A model generated the notes under the pieces. The model was given only the letters and a program-made list of their open reading frames with translations. It did no database searches and was not told the origin of the DNA. DNA of 64,000 nt from Alkalispirochaeta sp. (GTDB lineage Bacteria > Spirochaetota > Spirochaetia > DSM-27196 > Alkalispirochaetaceae), in NCBI GenBank assembly GCA_965242725.1, contig CBDESZ010000016.1, positions 64,001 through 128,000 of the forward strand, read 5' to 3'. The position numbers were made by a program, and so were the translations under genes. The stretch's first letter is position 1. The number at the start of each line of letters is the position of its first letter. Shown piece after piece: positions 45,780 to 55,688 of this stretch.

Positions 45780-47563
45780 TTCACTTTACCGCTCCTCAAT
45801 GGCTGTACCTTCTCTTCCTTCTGCCCCTGCTCATTCTCGCTCATCTGCTGTACCACAGGAGACGGCGGCTCATCGTTTCGTCACTACTCATCTGGCAACA
45901 ATCGTCGGACCGGATTCAAAGGTCCCTCGCATTTCGCCGCCTCCTGAATATCAATCTCCTTCTCCAGTCTCTGACCCTTGTTACGGCGGTCCTGGCATTG
46001 GCGCAACCGGAAGTACTACAGGGCGATCGTCGGGACGACCGGCCGGTGGTGCTCATCCTCGACAGAAGCGCCGGCATGGCGGTCAGGGAAGAGGAGGGCT
46101 CGCGGATGGATATCCTCCGGAAAAGCGTTTCGGAGATGCTTTCCCAATTGGAGAGCCGGCGGGAGACGACGGTCATTACCTGCGCCGCCCGGGCGGAGTT
46201 TATCGGACGCTTCACCTCGGACGATCGGGAGCTCCGCACAATCGTCTCACATCTGGAAGCAACGAATGAAACGTCAGACCTCGCCTCCGCCCTCGATCTT
46301 GCCCGGGAACTCTATCCGGACGGTGAAATTCATATATTTACCGACGGCGCCTGGGACGGCGGGGCCGTCGATATTGACCGGGGACTCGACCACCTGCACC
46401 TTCTGGGCACAGCCCGGGGAAACGCCGGTTTCGTTCACGCCTCGGCAACCCCACGGGGGAGCGGCACGGATTTTTTCGCCCTCATCGGGAGTTACGGACT
46501 GCCGGAGCTTCCCGCTACGGCGACGCTCTACGCAGGCGACACCATTGCGGGGAAAAAGACCGTGACATTGAAAGAGAATACGACCACGGAATTTCTTCTT
46601 TCGGTACCGGATGGAGCGGCCTCCGGCGACCGCTGGGTCCTTCAGCTCACGTCCCCCCGGGACAGTCTGGAAGCGGACAATCGTGCCTATCTCATTCCCG
46701 CCCAGCGCCGGCCCCTTCGCATCGCCTGGGCGGGCGATACAAATCCCTTTCTCGATTCGGTTCTGTCGGTCTATCCCGACAGCGACATGCGGCACTACCT
46801 GCAATATTCGCCTGCCGTCACGGCTGATCTCGTTATTCTGGACGGGCTCAGGGGCGCCACAGTTCCGGAGGGTCGACTGCTGGCGATAGATTCCACAATT
46901 GCGGGGGTTCATCCCCTGGCGCCGCACTATCTGTCTGAAGGAAGCTCCCTTGAGGCGGCGACGGATCATCCGATCGTCGCCGGTATCGATCTCGGCTCGG
47001 CGTATTTTGAACGGGTCTTTACCGTTCCACCCCGGGACGGCCTGAGACCACTCCTGTACCATAACGATTCCTACGCCGGATTTACCCTTGAAACGGAACG
47101 ACTCAAGGTGGTCTCCCTCAATTTCGACACCACCCGTACCAACCTGGTGCTGCAGAACGCCTTTCCCCTGCTCATACATAACGCCCTCTCCTGGCTGTCG
47201 GGCGACCTGTCACGAACGGAAGCGATCCGCACGGGAGAGACGATACATATAGATTCGATGCCCGGTGATGCGATTTCCGTGACAACTCCGCGGGGAGAAC
47301 GGTGGTCGCAAACGGCGTCGGGAACATCGACGGACTATACCGGGACGGAGACTGCCGGTATCTATTCGGTGGAACGCAACGGCCGTCCATGGTCGATTGC
47401 GGTCAACCTCTTCAGTCGGGATGAAACCAACACCCTTCCCCGGGTGCAGGCGACTCCCGTTGTCGGGAGGGCTCCGCGACAACGGACGCTCTGGCGAATC
47501 CTCACATTGGCGGCGATCGCTTTCCTCGCTGCCGATACACTGCTGTGGAGCAGAAAAGGGTGA
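45776..47563 (+). CDS. BatA-like N-terminal TM plus vWA domain protein
   Basis: FTAPQWL...VSSLLIW...LALAQP, LDRSAGM, IFTDG, C-terminal TM. Confidence 0.85.
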   Translation: MIHFTAPQWLYLLFLLPLLILAHLLYHRRRRLIVSSLLIWQQSSDRIQRSLAFRRLLNINLLLQSLTLVTAVLALAQPEVLQGDRRDDRPVVLILDRSAGMAVREEEGSRMDILRKSVSEMLSQLESRRETTVITCAARAEFIGRFTSDDRELRTIVSHLEATNETSDLASALDLARELYPDGEIHIFTDGAWDGGAVDIDRGLDHLHLLGTARGNAGFVHASATPRGSGTDFFALIGSYGLPELPATATLYAGDTIAGKKTVTLKENTTTEFLLSVPDGAASGDRWVLQLTSPRDSLEADNRAYLIPAQRRPLRIAWAGDTNPFLDSVLSVYPDSDMRHYLQYSPAVTADLVILDGLRGATVPEGRLLAIDSTIAGVHPLAPHYLSEGSSLEAATDHPIVAGIDLGSAYFERVFTVPPRDGLRPLLYHNDSYAGFTLETERLKVVSLNFDTTRTNLVLQNAFPLLIHNALSWLSGDLSRTEAIRTGETIHIDSMPGDAISVTTPRGERWSQTASGTSTDYTGTETAGIYSVERNGRPWSIAVNLFSRDETNTLPRVQATPVVGRAPRQRTLWRILTLAAIAFLAADTLLWSRKG

Positions 47564-50070
47564 TCCGTCCCTTCTCCCTCGCCGTCAGATCAATATGCAT
47601 CGTTCTCGCCGTCGCAGCGCTTATGGAACCGGGCGGTCGAGCCGTTGATCACGGTATTCACACGGTCTATCTCCTGGACGGTTCCGCCTCCATGGAGCCG
47701 GACGTGCGTTCCGGAATGGTTGGGTTTGTAGCCACTTCCGTGGAAACGCTGGCTCCGCCCGATACGGCCTCCCTCATCTCTTTCAGCGCCTCCCCGGAAA
47801 TCCTCCAGGAACCGGTCTCCTCCTCGGGAGATATCAGACAAGCCCTTGAGCGGTGGTCCGACACTACGTCACGAGATACGTTCACCACCGGGAGAGGTTA
47901 TACCCGATACGGTCAGGCGCTCTCCCTGGCGGCGGCGCTCCTACCCGACACGGGGGACCGCCGGATCGTACTCCTGTCGGACGGACTTCCCACGGACATG
48001 GCCGCCGCGGGAGAAATACCGCCCCTCCCCGAAGACCTGCGGATCTCCACGGTGTTTGTCTCCTCCGATACACCCTTCCCGGAGGTGAGAATTGCCCGCC
48101 TCACCGCACCGCGCAGGGCGGCGCAGGGGGACTTATACGACCTCGCAGTCACCGTTGAAAGCAACTTCAGGACGTCGGTCATCCTGGAAATGGACCAGAA
48201 CGGTGTCCAACCGGTCAGAGACCGACTGGACCTCGTTCCGGGTATGCAGACCTTCACCTATCGGAGAACCGCCGGCACCTCCGATCCGGTAGAGGTTACC
48301 ATCAGTCCCGAACTGGACAGGCTGCCGGAGAACAACCGCTCGGAAATCCGAGTGCTCCTCCGGGAAGAACGTTCACTGCTGTACCTCCGACCCCGGAACG
48401 AGACGGGTCAAATGAATCCGCCGCCCCTGGCACAGGCGCTCTCCCTGCAGGGGTACGCGGTGACGGAGGGGAACCCGTCGGTGCTCACCGGAGGCGGCGG
48501 TACCCTGCTTGCCTACGAGCTCATCATCCTTGACGACATTCCCTCGACGGAGCTGCCCCTTCCGGCCCAGGCGATGCTGGACCGTTATGTACGCCAGGGT
48601 GGGGGGGTGATCGTCGTCGGCGGGCCCGACTCCTTTGGATCGGGAACCTATGCCCACACACCGGTGGAAGCGCTGATGCCCGTCAGCTTTGACATCACCT
48701 CACGACTGCAGATACCGTCACTTGCGATACTCTATCTGGTGGACAAATCGGGGAGCATGCGGGGAACCCGGCAGGGCATCAGCAAGCTCGATCTGGTGAA
48801 GGAGGCGGTTCTCTCATCGGTGGAGGTATTGCAGCCAAACCAGGTAGTCGCCCTGCTCTCCTTTGATGCCGACACGGAGTGGACAATCCCCTTCACCGCG
48901 GCATCACAGCGGGAACTGATCATCACCGATGTGGAGAAACTGTCTCCCGGGGGCGGTACCGAGCTCGCACAGGCGATGGAGACCGCCCTTGTCGCCATGG
49001 GTGAAATCGAAACGGCGGCCAGACACGTCATTCTCCTCTCCGACGGCCTCACCAGGGAGGCGGATTTTGACGAAATAGCGCAGCGGTTCCACGAGGAGGA
49101 GGTAACCGTTTCCGCAGTATCCATCGGATCGGAAGCGGACCGGGAACTCATGGAGCGCATCGCCCGCATCGGCGGCGGCCGCAGTTATCATGCGGAGGGC
49201 GTCGACGAGATTCCGCAGATCTTTGCCCGTGAGACAGGAATCGTGGCGCGAAACTCAGTGGTAACGGAGACCTTTTTTCCCGTGCCCGGTGACGACCCGA
49301 CAATTCTCTCGGGAATCGATCCTCTCGAATTTCCGCCGCTGGGGGGATTTGTCCTGACCTACCCGAAGGCGACCGCCCGGATAGTGCTTGAGGCACCAGG
49401 GGGCCAGCCTCTTCTCGCATGGTGGCAGTACGGAACGGGACAGGCGGCGGCATTTACCTCGGATATCAACGGCTTCTGGGGAAGCTCCTGGGCGGAGTGG
49501 TCCCGTCTCCCTCTGCTGGCGGGACAACTGGCGGACGCGACGGTTCGGACGACGGACAACCCCGGCGTCTCACTTACCGTCGACTCGACGGAGACAACGT
49601 TCACCGTATCCCTCTCCCTCCTGGACGAAACCGGAACGCCCCGGCACCCCGACGATCCCGTATCCCTCCATACGGTCCTCCCCAATCTCCGGGAAACGAC
49701 GGATGTGATGACACCGATCGGCCCGGGACGGCTGGAGCATACCCTGCCGATGGAAGTGCCGGGCACCTATCTCTTCACCGTCACCGAAGGGACGAACTAC
49801 CTCACATCCTTTTCCCACACCAACCCCTATTCCGGAGAGTTCTCGATGCGCTCGCCGAATCCTGCGATTCTCAAAGAGATCGCCCGCAAAGGGGGTGGGA
49901 TATCCGTGTCCATCGAAGAAGGCAGCTTTCCGGCTGAACGGCTTCCCCTTCTCTCCCGCCCCGTACCCGCCCGCCGAGCGTTATGGCCGTTGCTGTTGAC
50001 GGCGGCGGTGGTTCTCTTCGTCGTCGAGACGCTGATATCGGCGTTCTTTCTTCGAAGAACTAGGGAGTAA
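47560..50070 (+). CDS. Double vWA protein with glutamine-amidotransferase-like domain and C-terminal TM
   Basis: MIDAS motifs DGSASM/LLSDG and DKSGSM/LLSDG; YVRQGGGVIVVGGPDSFG. GTGA overlap gives start 47560. Confidence 0.88.
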   Translation: MIRPFSLAVRSICIVLAVAALMEPGGRAVDHGIHTVYLLDGSASMEPDVRSGMVGFVATSVETLAPPDTASLISFSASPEILQEPVSSSGDIRQALERWSDTTSRDTFTTGRGYTRYGQALSLAAALLPDTGDRRIVLLSDGLPTDMAAAGEIPPLPEDLRISTVFVSSDTPFPEVRIARLTAPRRAAQGDLYDLAVTVESNFRTSVILEMDQNGVQPVRDRLDLVPGMQTFTYRRTAGTSDPVEVTISPELDRLPENNRSEIRVLLREERSLLYLRPRNETGQMNPPPLAQALSLQGYAVTEGNPSVLTGGGGTLLAYELIILDDIPSTELPLPAQAMLDRYVRQGGGVIVVGGPDSFGSGTYAHTPVEALMPVSFDITSRLQIPSLAILYLVDKSGSMRGTRQGISKLDLVKEAVLSSVEVLQPNQVVALLSFDADTEWTIPFTAASQRELIITDVEKLSPGGGTELAQAMETALVAMGEIETAARHVILLSDGLTREADFDEIAQRFHEEEVTVSAVSIGSEADRELMERIARIGGGRSYHAEGVDEIPQIFARETGIVARNSVVTETFFPVPGDDPTILSGIDPLEFPPLGGFVLTYPKATARIVLEAPGGQPLLAWWQYGTGQAAAFTSDINGFWGSSWAEWSRLPLLAGQLADATVRTTDNPGVSLTVDSTETTFTVSLSLLDETGTPRHPDDPVSLHTVLPNLRETTDVMTPIGPGRLEHTLPMEVPGTYLFTVTEGTNYLTSFSHTNPYSGEFSMRSPNPAILKEIARKGGGISVSIEEGSFPAERLPLLSRPVPARRALWPLLLTAAVVLFVVETLISAFFLRRTRE

Positions 50071-50968
50071 GGGGCACCACCACCAACTTCTTGCTGATTC
50101 GCGGCGTTCCATATACAAACGCCGCAACTCCCTGGGCGGGATCCCATGAGATGTGATCTATATAGGATCCGGGGTTGCGATCAGTCAGGGGCGTCACCGT
50201 ACCCTCCGAGAGGTCCACGAGACGATCGTGAATGAGGAGATACCGATCATTCCGGCGCACGCTTCGCAGCAGCCGCTGGACCTCGGCATCGAGAAGCTCC
50301 TTCATTCCGAAGGTTGTCCGGGGAAGACTGAAACGGACGACCTCGGCGCCTCCGGCTCGGACAAAGACGAAAATCCTCCGTGTGTCCCCCTCCTCGCTGC
50401 CGGAAACGCGAAACTCCACCGATACGGGGCCGACGCCGGTCGGGGCCCCGGCCGGGGCCGGCACGGTGATCATCATCTGCCAGAACAGGGACCGTCCGTC
50501 GGAAGGGGTGCTCCAGAAAATCGGGCCGGGATCATCCTCCCCGGGCTCTTCAAAGCCCGCAGTTGCGGAACGGAAATCCGTAAGCACCGGAAAGAAAAGA
50601 AGCGCATCGTCACAGGTTTCCATCGCTCTCAGCGATGATGCGCCGCCGTCCGGAGCGGGAACAATGACCGTCCGGCTCACATCAGCTGCGGTGAGATGCG
50701 GATCATCCTCCCTCGTTCGGTCGACGTAAAAGAGCGCCGTCGCGCCGCCGGGAATCACCGCGGTTGCCACGAGGCGGTCGTTTTCAATCTCCATAGAGAC
50801 GGGCGTTCCCGCGGCCAGATCGGCGCGATCCATTTCCAGAGGTGACGTAAACTCAATGTATCGCTCGGGCTGAACAGTCCAGCACCCGGAAAGCACCATC
50901 AAGACGACGGCAAGCGTCGCCGCCGCGGCGTACCGCGTCCTGACTGATCTCATTCGAACATCGGTCAT
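50060..50968 (-). CDS. Hypothetical lipoprotein
   Basis: Signal peptide with lipobox LSG-C. Confidence 0.65.
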   Translation of the reverse strand: MTDVRMRSVRTRYAAAATLAVVLMVLSGCWTVQPERYIEFTSPLEMDRADLAAGTPVSMEIENDRLVATAVIPGGATALFYVDRTREDDPHLTAADVSRTVIVPAPDGGASSLRAMETCDDALLFFPVLTDFRSATAGFEEPGEDDPGPIFWSTPSDGRSLFWQMMITVPAPAGAPTGVGPVSVEFRVSGSEEGDTRRIFVFVRAGGAEVVRFSLPRTTFGMKELLDAEVQRLLRSVRRNDRYLLIHDRLVDLSEGTVTPLTDRNPGSYIDHISWDPAQGVAAFVYGTPRISKKLVVVPLTP

Positions 50969-51061
50969 GTATTGAAATTATACCGCCCACATCCCTGAAA
51001 TGACAGCGGTCGGAACTGCGGCACTGGAACCCATCGCCCCCTTGCCGCTATCATTGAACCC

Positions 51062-52213
51062 GTGCATGGTTTCAAGACATCCCCGTTTCTATTGATCGTC
51101 CTTCTGTTCGCCATTCTGATACCCGCGGAGGCTCAGGAAAAAAGATCGACCTCAGCCGTCTCCGTATCTACCCTTCGGGCACGGCTCCAGCCCGACCTGG
51201 AGGTGATACTGCCAACAGGCGAAGTCTCCCAGGCATCAAATTTTCTGCTTTCGCCGATCCTGCTCCACACCGAATTTGTCTTTCACACCCTGGAGAACCA
51301 GGTGATGGGCCTGGTAACGGTCTCACGGGCCGAGGGGGCGGTCATTCCCTACATTTCAGTAAGTGAACATGTCGATTTTGAGCGCGATATCGATCCCCGA
51401 CTGACAGACGGAAACGTCGAAATAACGCCGACGGAACGGCGGGTCGCCCGAACCAGAACGCTTGAGCCGGGCATAAGCTGGCGTCCGTTCCAGCCACTCA
51501 CCATCAAATTCGACGTGGCAATCGAGGACCGATACAGCGGAAATCTGGATGGAGACACCGAGGCGGTGCAGGATCTCGGGTTGACCCCGCAATTGGGAGT
51601 CACATTCGATCGTCTGCGCCCGCTGTCCGCCGCACGATCGCCCCTCATCGTCGGCGACTACTACCATCTCGGTGTTCACCAGCTTTTTGCCGAGAACTTC
51701 TCCCATCCCGTCGCATCAGGACTGCGGGCCACCTTCATCGGCGGGTACACCGTCACCCCCCATTTCCACGCCAGTCACCGTCTCTCCGTCCTTGTCCCGA
51801 TCCATATTCAGGACACCGAACGGTTCACGCCTCTCGCGCTGGGGGGGTACGACAACGTCCGCGGCTATACCGCCGGCGACGTTGCCGGAATCGGCGCACT
51901 TCTCAGCAGAAATACCTTTGCCTTCATACCCGTCCCCGACGGGGCGAATTCGTCCGGAGGATCCACAAAACAGAAACTTCGGATTCACAGTCTTCGCATG
52001 CTCCTCGCCCTTGATGGAGCACTCATGGACCAGAACATGGCGATAGATTCACAGTTCGACCTCTTTGGGAGTATCGGCCCGGGACTAGGCATGACCATCT
52101 CAACACGCCGGGGCCTGCACCTCGACGTCACCGCCCTCACCGCCTTTGCGGACTTCAACGCTCCCCCGGTTTTCTATATTCGCACCAGTCTGTATGTGTT
52201 TAACGGGAAGTAG
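51062..52213 (+). CDS. Omp85/BamA-TamA-superfamily barrel, apparently without POTRA domains
   Basis: Signal peptide ending AEA-Q, amphipathic strands and the Omp85 loop-6 motif LGGYDNVRGY. Only 383 aa. Confidence 0.65.
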   Translation: MHGFKTSPFLLIVLLFAILIPAEAQEKRSTSAVSVSTLRARLQPDLEVILPTGEVSQASNFLLSPILLHTEFVFHTLENQVMGLVTVSRAEGAVIPYISVSEHVDFERDIDPRLTDGNVEITPTERRVARTRTLEPGISWRPFQPLTIKFDVAIEDRYSGNLDGDTEAVQDLGLTPQLGVTFDRLRPLSAARSPLIVGDYYHLGVHQLFAENFSHPVASGLRATFIGGYTVTPHFHASHRLSVLVPIHIQDTERFTPLALGGYDNVRGYTAGDVAGIGALLSRNTFAFIPVPDGANSSGGSTKQKLRIHSLRMLLALDGALMDQNMAIDSQFDLFGSIGPGLGMTISTRRGLHLDVTALTAFADFNAPPVFYIRTSLYVFNGK

Positions 52214-52235
52214 GAAATTGGCTTAGTAATCAGTT

Positions 52236-53264
52236 TCACCCTATTCCCGCAATCTCTCGAATGTTCCCGTTGTATATCCGTTCAAGCTCTTCAGACGACA
52301 GGCCCAGGCGGTCGATGACATCGATAGTCTTTTCTATATACATAGGGCCGCCTTCCGGATCAAAGGGACTGTCCGAGGCAAAAAGCACCCGATCCAATCC
52401 AAAGAAGTCCAACCCGCATTTCGTACCCGCTTCCGCACCGAACAGCGCCGTATCGGCGTAAAAGCGCCGGAAATACTCGATGGGGCGCTCAGGCATGGCC
52501 GCGACCAGGTCACCTAACTCGGTGCCCGGTGTACGCGCGCCGAGCTGATCATTTCCGTATCCAATCCTCCCTTCAAAGTAGGGAATCATGCCGCCCATGT
52601 GATGGGTGATAACTTTAAGACGCGGATGCTTCTCCATGATTCTCGAAAAGACGAGACGGGACATTGCGACACTAGTTTCATAAGGCCATCCGAGGGTCCA
52701 CCAGATTTCGTATTCGGAGCGCTCTTCCCCGACGTAATCACTGACCTGCGCCGTCCGTGCGGGATGGAGCCAAATCGGTCGATCCCGCTCTTCCATTTCC
52801 GCAAAGAGGGGGCGATACGTCGGATTGTCTATCGGTTTGCCTGCAATATTGGTATATATCTGAACGCCGCAACATCCGGGGTGTTTAAATACCCGTTCGA
52901 TTTCACGTATCACGGCGTCAAATGAATTCATCGGCAGTGAAGCCACCCATGCGGGAAAGCGATCGGGATGGCGCTCTTGCAACTCCGCCATGAGATCATT
53001 GGCCCGTCTCGCAACCTCCGGGGCCTGGTTCGGAGTAGTTATGTTTTCTATCGGCGGTGATGAGAGAATGAGGATTTGCTGGTATCCGGGAAAACCATCC
53101 ATCATCCTGAGCCGGGCTTCGAGGTCCCACAGAGCGGGAATGGTCAGCCACCGTTTTACTGCCCCTTTGTTCGGCACAATTTCTTTCAGCAGTTCAAAAT
53201 AAGGCTGTGGAAGAATGTGACTGTATGCATCGATCTTTGTGAAACTGTCTGATGTTGCATTCAT
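52236..53264 (-). CDS. Amidohydrolase-2 family enzyme (decarboxylase/hydratase type)
   Basis: IDAYSHILP, PIWLHP, GWPYETS, ITHHMGG, LFASDSPF. Confidence 0.88.
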   Translation of the reverse strand: MNATSDSFTKIDAYSHILPQPYFELLKEIVPNKGAVKRWLTIPALWDLEARLRMMDGFPGYQQILILSSPPIENITTPNQAPEVARRANDLMAELQERHPDRFPAWVASLPMNSFDAVIREIERVFKHPGCCGVQIYTNIAGKPIDNPTYRPLFAEMEERDRPIWLHPARTAQVSDYVGEERSEYEIWWTLGWPYETSVAMSRLVFSRIMEKHPRLKVITHHMGGMIPYFEGRIGYGNDQLGARTPGTELGDLVAAMPERPIEYFRRFYADTALFGAEAGTKCGLDFFGLDRVLFASDSPFDPEGGPMYIEKTIDVIDRLGLSSEELERIYNGNIREIAGIG

Positions 53265-53266
53265 AT

Positions 53267-54079
53267 TTATTTCCTGCTCACTGAAGGGAGCCATCGGGTA
53301 ACCCGAAGTTCTACGATTCGGACAACCATTGAGGCGGCCCAGGCGACGATAATGATCACCAGCACCACTGCAAGAACTTCGGGAGCGTCAAAACGTCCGC
53401 CCGCTCTCGTAACAACTCGGCCGAGTCCGACTACGGCGATGAACATCTCGCCCATGATGGTCCCTTTTACCGCCCTGCTGACGCCGAGCCGCAATCCAGC
53501 CATGATCATCGGTGTAGCCGCCGGAAGGACCACCTTCCAAAGCGTCTGGAATCTGGTCGCGTTGTAGGACCGCGCCATTTCAATGAGGTTTCTCGGTACC
53601 ATCCGTACCCCGTCGGCGGTATTGAGAGTGATAATGAACACGGAATATATGACGATTACCCCGATGATCGATCCACTTCCCATTCCAAAGATGGAAAAGA
53701 AAATCGGCGCGAATACGAGCGGAGGCGCAGTCAGAAGGGCGTATACATAGCGATCAAGCGCCGCGTTAACGAGCGGAAACATTCCCATGAGCGTGCCCAC
53801 CGCAACGCCGGCTCCGGCGGAAATGCAGAAACCGATACCAAGGTTGACGACCGTCGTTATCAGATTACCGAAAATCTCGCCTCTTGCGGTCATCTCAAAC
53901 AATGCAACAATGACCGCTGAAAAGGGGGGAAGAAACGTAACGTTCCATACTCTTCCGATCAATTCCCACGCAGCGATGCCGGCCAGTAGTGAGAATGTCG
54001 AGACCGCGAAGTTATTCTGTCCTATCCGGAACAACAGGCGACGGCCCGTCGTGCCCTGGTCCATTGAGATACGGCTCAT
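53267..54079 (-). CDS. NitT/TauT ABC permease
   Basis: IEMARSYNA...KVVLPAATPMIMAGLR. Confidence 0.88.
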   Translation of the reverse strand: MSRISMDQGTTGRRLLFRIGQNNFAVSTFSLLAGIAAWELIGRVWNVTFLPPFSAVIVALFEMTARGEIFGNLITTVVNLGIGFCISAGAGVAVGTLMGMFPLVNAALDRYVYALLTAPPLVFAPIFFSIFGMGSGSIIGVIVIYSVFIITLNTADGVRMVPRNLIEMARSYNATRFQTLWKVVLPAATPMIMAGLRLGVSRAVKGTIMGEMFIAVVGLGRVVTRAGGRFDAPEVLAVVLVIIIVAWAASMVVRIVELRVTRWLPSVSRK

Positions 54080-54870
54080 GGAGTGCCCACCCCGTTAACT
54101 TTATCAGGCTGATAATTACGGAGCTTTTCCCACAACTTCGTCGTAACATCGGCGATGGTGTGGCTGTTTGCGGCGTACTCCGTTGCATTTGCCCGGGGTC
54201 TGCCCAGAGGCACGTCCACCATTTCATCGATCTTGCCGGGTCGGGAAGTCATAACCATGACACGGTCGCCGAGAATGACCGCCTCTTCGATACTGTGAGT
54301 GATGAACACCACGGTGATACGCCGGTCTTCCCATATTCCAAGAAGTTCCTCCTGGAGGAGTCGCCGGGTCTGTTCATCAAGAGCACCGAAAGGTTCATCC
54401 ATGAGCAGTACCGTCGGTTTCACCGCCAGCGCCCGGGCAATTCCTACTCTCTGCTGCATTCCTCCGGAAAGAGCATTGGGCAGGTGGTCTTCAAACCCAT
54501 CGAGACCAACTAGATGGATGAGATCCCGTGCCGTGGCGATTCGCTCGGACTTTGACACGCCCCGGAGTTCAAGGCCAAAGGTGATATTATGCAAGACTGT
54601 TGCCCAGGGAAGGAGCGCGAAACTCTGGAAAACCATGGCTCGCTCCGGTCCCGGTCCGGTGATTGCGGTACCGTCAAGTGTGATTTCGCCTTCTTCCCAA
54701 TCTACGAGACCCGCAATACAGCGCAAAAGCGTTGTTTTCCCACACCCCGACGGTCCAAGAATGGTGACAAATTCATTGTCCTTCACCGTGAAATTGATGT
54801 CAGACAGCGCTTGAATCACACTTCCATCGGTACCGATAAACGCTTTTGATAGCCCGGAAACTTCGATCAT
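54076..54870 (-). CDS. NitT/TauT ABC ATPase
   Basis: GPSGCGKTT, FQSFALLPW, LSGGMQQR, DEPFGALD, ITHSIEEA. Confidence 0.92.
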   Translation of the reverse strand: MIEVSGLSKAFIGTDGSVIQALSDINFTVKDNEFVTILGPSGCGKTTLLRCIAGLVDWEEGEITLDGTAITGPGPERAMVFQSFALLPWATVLHNITFGLELRGVSKSERIATARDLIHLVGLDGFEDHLPNALSGGMQQRVGIARALAVKPTVLLMDEPFGALDEQTRRLLQEELLGIWEDRRITVVFITHSIEEAVILGDRVMVMTSRPGKIDEMVDVPLGRPRANATEYAANSHTIADVTTKLWEKLRNYQPDKVNGVGTP

Positions 54871-55676
54871 GACGTTACTCCATCGTGTGCTGCCCAAGGT
54901 GTCAGTTTTTGTTCCAGCCGCCGGGCAAGTGAAATAAGTACTAGTGCTTCAAAGACAACGACGATAACGACGCCGTAGAGATGGCCGCTTCTGAAGGAAG
55001 CGCGGTAATTTAGTATGAGTCCCCCAACTCCCGCCGAAACCATGAGCAATTCGACAACGACCATACCGGTAATTGCCCGCCCAAGGCCAATTCTGATACC
55101 TGCCATGATAGACGGCATCGCGCCGGGGAGAAATATCCGTCGCCAGATCTCGCGTTCCGACGCACCGAATGAACGAGCCATTTCGATAAGATTGGAGTCC
55201 ACCTGACGCACACCGGTCTGGGTGTTGACGATCACCATTGGGAGTGAAAACAACACGACCAGGCTGACCCGGGACAGGAGACCCAACCCCACGGACATGA
55301 CCAGCAGAGGAATGACCGCTGCCATCGGTGTCGTCAGCATGATACTCACATACGGATCGGCAATTTTCTGCAATGTTTCAAAACGGCCCATCATCAGACC
55401 GATCGGGACACCGAAAACGACTGATACGGCAAATCCGATCGCCAGTGCCTGGTTGGATACGCCCAACTCCAGCCATAGTTCGAGACTCGTCAGGAGCTCC
55501 GCCAGGGCGAACATCGTTTCCGTAAATGTCGGAATCAAAAGTCCGCCCGATCGCTCCGCAAAAACCTGCCACGCAAAGGCAAATACCACAAAGGTGATCA
55601 CCCGGGCGATTGTTTTTTGTCGACGCGTTACCTTCCCGCGCCGTTGTATAACTCCGGTTGCTCCTGACTTTGCCAT
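54867..55676 (-). CDS. NitT/TauT ABC permease
   Basis: IEMARSFGA...IFLPGAMPSIMAGIRIG. Confidence 0.88.
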   Translation of the reverse strand: MAKSGATGVIQRRGKVTRRQKTIARVITFVVFAFAWQVFAERSGGLLIPTFTETMFALAELLTSLELWLELGVSNQALAIGFAVSVVFGVPIGLMMGRFETLQKIADPYVSIMLTTPMAAVIPLLVMSVGLGLLSRVSLVVLFSLPMVIVNTQTGVRQVDSNLIEMARSFGASEREIWRRIFLPGAMPSIMAGIRIGLGRAITGMVVVELLMVSAGVGGLILNYRASFRSGHLYGVVIVVVFEALVLISLARRLEQKLTPWAAHDGVTS

Positions 55677-55688
55677 GCCGTCCGTTCC

